This document shows, piece by piece, positions 60,398 to 64,000 of a stretch of DNA of 64,000 nt. A program made the translations under genes and the position numbers. The DNA comes from Hypanus sabinus (taxonomy: Eukaryota), in the NCBI RefSeq assembly GCF_030144855.1, contig NC_082712.1, forward strand, positions 22,196,001 through 22,260,000, read 5' to 3'. Positions within the stretch are counted from its first letter, which is position 1. The number at the start of each line of letters is the position of its first letter. The notes below the pieces were generated by a model. It was not told the DNA's origin. It worked only from the letters and a program-made list of their open reading frames with translations, and made no database searches.

Positions 60398-63264
60398 ACA
60401 GCGTGAGAGGCACTGGTGGGGGGGCGGGGGATGGAGGGGATGTGGGTACTGCATCCCTGGCCACCCACCTCTGAGAAACTGGATGCATTTTATACCTGAG
60501 CCTTAGGATCTATCTTGGGCCCATTCATCTTTATGGGATCACTTACCTTCACTGGTAAGCACTGGTGCTTGTAAATCTTAGTTTTAATTCATTTTTAAAT
60601 AGATATATAAGTGAATGTTTTAAATTGATTTGCTATTTTCTATATTGTTGAAATTATTCCTTTAGTATTCCAACTAGTTCTAAATGTCATGTATATCCTG
60701 AAAGAAGCAAGTTGAAGGCATGGGCTAGTTGATTTAGGATCCAGCTACAGATAATAATCATATTTGGACATAAGAGATCCTGCAGATGCTGGAAACCCAA
60801 AGTAAAATGCTGGAGGAACTCAGCAGGACAGGCAGCACCTATAAGCTGAGGCCATTTATCAGGACAACACTGTGTGTAGTCTTTGGGTTGTTTTTCACGG
60901 CATGCTACTGCAATATCCATCATTCTTGTGCATCTACAGCTGTGGAGTGAAGATTCAAGCTGGGTGCAATTTGTATTCAGAAAAGGACTTGCTTTTAGAA
61001 CTGAATGTTCTCCTCAAGTGCCCTTACAAACTACCAAATGCAACTTTTGGAAAAATCCAAAACAAAAGATGGCCATTCAAGTATTATTATTTACTCTCCA
61101 TTACTTATTTAATTATTCAATTATTTATTTGCACAGATTTTCTCTTTTTGCATATTGATTGTCAGTCTGTGTTTGTGTGTAGTTATCATTGATTCTCTTG
61201 TATTTCTTTGTTCTACTGTGAATGCCTGAAAGAAAATGAATCTCAGGGTAGTATATGGTGACAGATATGTTCTTTGATATGTGCTTACAATTTTGAGAGG
61301 TCACTTCTTCACTTCATCAAATATTAAAAAACTGATTCCATTACTGAATAGGATGGTTAGAGCTGTTTCCCATGGCCAGCCACACTCCGTGATGCAACCT
61401 ATATGGACAAGGATTCTTGCACAAAATAGGGACTTCACCTGCTGGAGGGGTAGAGGCAGCTGGAGACAACTCTATGGACTCTACTGTAGGTGGGAGTACT
61501 GAACCCTAGGAGAACGGACCTCTCACACAGCAGGCATCTTGTATTTAAGAATATTCATGGCCCCCTGAGTAATTCTTGGAACTTTCTTCAATTTCTCTGC
61601 AGTTTTTCGGCTCTACCTGCCAGCCCTTGTATGTTGCTGGTAGGGAGCATGTTTTACAGGCTTGCACCTTTCTCAGCCCATATACCATTGAGTTGGCAAA
61701 TGCTTTCAATTAAACCTGGTTTCAAAGTTGAGTTCATTGTCATATGCACAATTCCATGTATGTATGTATGTATGGATGCAGTGAAAAACTTACTTGCAGC
61801 AGACATCACAGACAGGGGACCAGATGGACAACATTTACAAGAACAACTTAACCTAGATAACATTATGCTGGAAAGAACTAAAGAAAAAGCAAAATCCATT
61901 GTAGTGCAAAGTGGTTTAAGTGGTCATTCAGAGTGTTGCTGTCCTGAAGTAGTGATTACAGAAATACTAGAAACTATGCAAAAAAGATTTCAGCATATTT
62001 CACCAGAAATCGAATGTTCCCAAGAATATAAGAGACTAGAAGCAGAAGCAGGACATCTGGCCTCTCTATCTTGCCCTGCTCCTAATTGTAACACAGGAGA
62101 CTGGGTAGATCTAGTTTATCTGCCCCAGGCCTTGCCTCTTTTTCCGTATCAGTTTTATACAGTTCTCAATTTGACAGTCTTACAAGTATTTACCTGCCAC
62201 TTTTTTTTTTAAATACCTTCAGTAATCAAGATTCCACAGCCCTCCAGGACAGGTAATTCCACAAATGCACCACCCTTTGTGAGAAGAAATTCCTACTCAC
62301 TTCAGTTTATGAGGGGACAAGGATCTTCTTCGCCACTTTACCTATCCTGTGCTGCCCCTTCAGGGATCCTTCAACTTCTACACCAATATTCTTGGTCATC
62401 AGTGCTCTCTGGAACCTTACCACTCTTGTGTATGTTCTACCATTAAAGTCCTCCCAAATTGCATTGCCTCATACCTAACAGGTTTAAATTCAATTTAGCA
62501 TTGTCTGCATGATCTACCAGCTGATTAATAGCTTCCAAGTCTACCCTCCTTACGAACAATCACATCAGATTTCAGTCACTTCTACCTTATTCTACCATGA
62601 TTTTTCACTCCATCGCCAATTTGCTGCCCTAAATTTACACCCATTGACTTCTTTAATCTCTGAAAGTCAATAAGGTGGCAACTGGGCCGTTACTGTCTGT
62701 TTAGGTAGAGATCTCCTAAAATTCATCACCCTCTAGCTAAAGAAATTTTATCTTATCTTGGATTGAAAACCTGAGTTGGCACAGTCTTTCATTGATTCTT
62801 TTATGGTTATTATCCTATTATGGATTTATTGAATATCCCTGGAAGAAAATGAATCTCAGCTGTGTATATACTGACATATTTATAATAAACTTACTTTGAT
62901 AATAAATGTACTTTTGAATTTTGAACTTGCTGATCCCTGATTTTGACTTTGTGATCCTGAGTTCCAATCATTCAGTCAAGGGAATCCAACATTGAATATT
63001 TTTCTTTGGATCTTACAATTCATTTTATTTCTATTCTTATTCCAATTCCTTTGAAAAGAATATTGACCTGGGGCATCATCTCAGTTCTCTGCCCACAGAT
63101 GCTGCATGAGTTCACAACATGTTCCAGCTTGAATTCAGATTTATACAATCAGTAATTTGGAACAGAGGCGCAGTAAACATTGTTCAAACTACACAAAGAC
63201 AGAATCTGAGAGTGTGCTGATTCTACAGGACGTCCCTTTGGGATGAGTGGAGGAATGCTTGGGG

Positions 63265-63748
63265 GAGATGTCAGAGATAAGTTTTTTACACAAAAAGTGG
63301 TAAGTGTTAGATATGTGCAGAGCAAGAACGGCAATGGAGTGATGGTTTAACTGAATCACATTAGCGACGGTAGATGCTGGGCAGCTCACAGTGCAGGAGT
63401 AATCAATGGGCCTGGTGAGATGAAATCAGGTGCACTTGAAACATGTGCAAGAAAAAAAGAGGGCCTTCCCCAGGTAGGATGCCCAATTGATTCATCGTGT
63501 AATCATGCCCTCTTGCAACCTTCTCATAATCGATCTGATTCAGTTCAGTAAATGCCTAGAATCCACTGCCTAAGTTGGTGGTTGAGGCCAATACATTATG
63601 GATATTTAAGCAACTCTTAGATATGCACATAGATGAAAGAAAAATGAGGTGTGTAGGAGGGAAAGGTTAGATTGATTGTGCTTAGAAGGATAACAGCATT
63701 ATGTGCTGAAGTGCCCATATTGGGCTGTACTGTTCTATGTTCTATGTG
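63265..63748 (+). mobile_element. CR1 3' end split by an unclassified 241 bp insert
   Basis: The FFTQKVV-like motif resumes at 63555; tail tgttctatgttctatg. Confidence 0.7.
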
Positions 63749-64000
63749 CTCTGTCCCAGGGTTCTATTTTGAGCCAGGGTGCTGACTTTATATCTATTAA
63801 AAGTTGTTCAAAATTCAAAGTTCAAAGTAAATTTACTATCAGATTACATACATGTCATTATTTACAAACTTGAAATTCATTTTCTTGTGGGCATATTCAA
63901 TAAACAAAATAACCATAATAGAACCAATGAAAGACTTCACCAATAGGACAGGCAGCCAAGGTGCAAAAACAACCAATTGTGCAAATACAAAAGGATAACT

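Larger units (their letters stand above)
45589..64000 (-). other. gpm6a: Last intron of gpm6a (more than 18.4 kb; upstream exon outside the window)
   Basis: A by-eye scan found no sequence encoding the expected previous exon (approximately LNMTFHLFIVALAGAGAAVIAM). The region is TE-filled. Confidence 0.7.

Noticed and set aside
61490-62212. Longest ORF in the track (240 aa)
   Set aside because: Non-ATG start, no recognisable domain, and it crosses unrelated repeat fragments including an antisense CR1 tail.
1-64000. CRISPR arrays, operons, rRNA or true tRNA genes, intact autonomous TEs
   Set aside because: Vertebrate DNA with no repeat-spacer array. The tRNA-like pieces are SINE heads, and all TE ORFs are truncated or frameshifted.

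Overview
Eukaryotic vertebrate genomic DNA, not prokaryotic. The repeat mix (CR1, Rex/Babar, Penelope, V-SINE/HE1-like, DeuSINE, Tc1) points to a cartilaginous fish, probably a ray (inference). One host gene is recognisable, on the minus strand: the last coding exon of gpm6a (neuronal membrane glycoprotein M6-a, the shark DM-beta proteolipid) at 45436-45588. It has an approximately 2.5 kb, TE-free 3' UTR ending at a cluster of AATAAA signals at 42944-42962, and a last intron of more than 18 kb that runs off the right edge; no upstream exon was found. The rest is mostly nested, decayed transposable elements, and nearly all ORFs in the track are TE fragments or noise. Main signals: (i) about 15-20 Penelope-associated minimal type I hammerhead ribozyme motifs, mostly CpG-decayed, some in stand-alone ~130 bp units; (ii) a 120 bp inverted templated insertion copied from a neighbouring CR1; (iii) a CR1 insert with cargo and a second tail (possible 3' transduction); (iv) Tc1/mariner derivatives with palindromic double-TIR ends; (v) DeuSINE relics, repeated miR-101/144 seeds, an RFX box and CNE-like islands near gpm6a. 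I see no convincing wholly new biological system; the findings are local variants of known phenomena. TE families were recognised by eye from remembered motifs, and most TE boundaries are approximate (about +/-20 bp).
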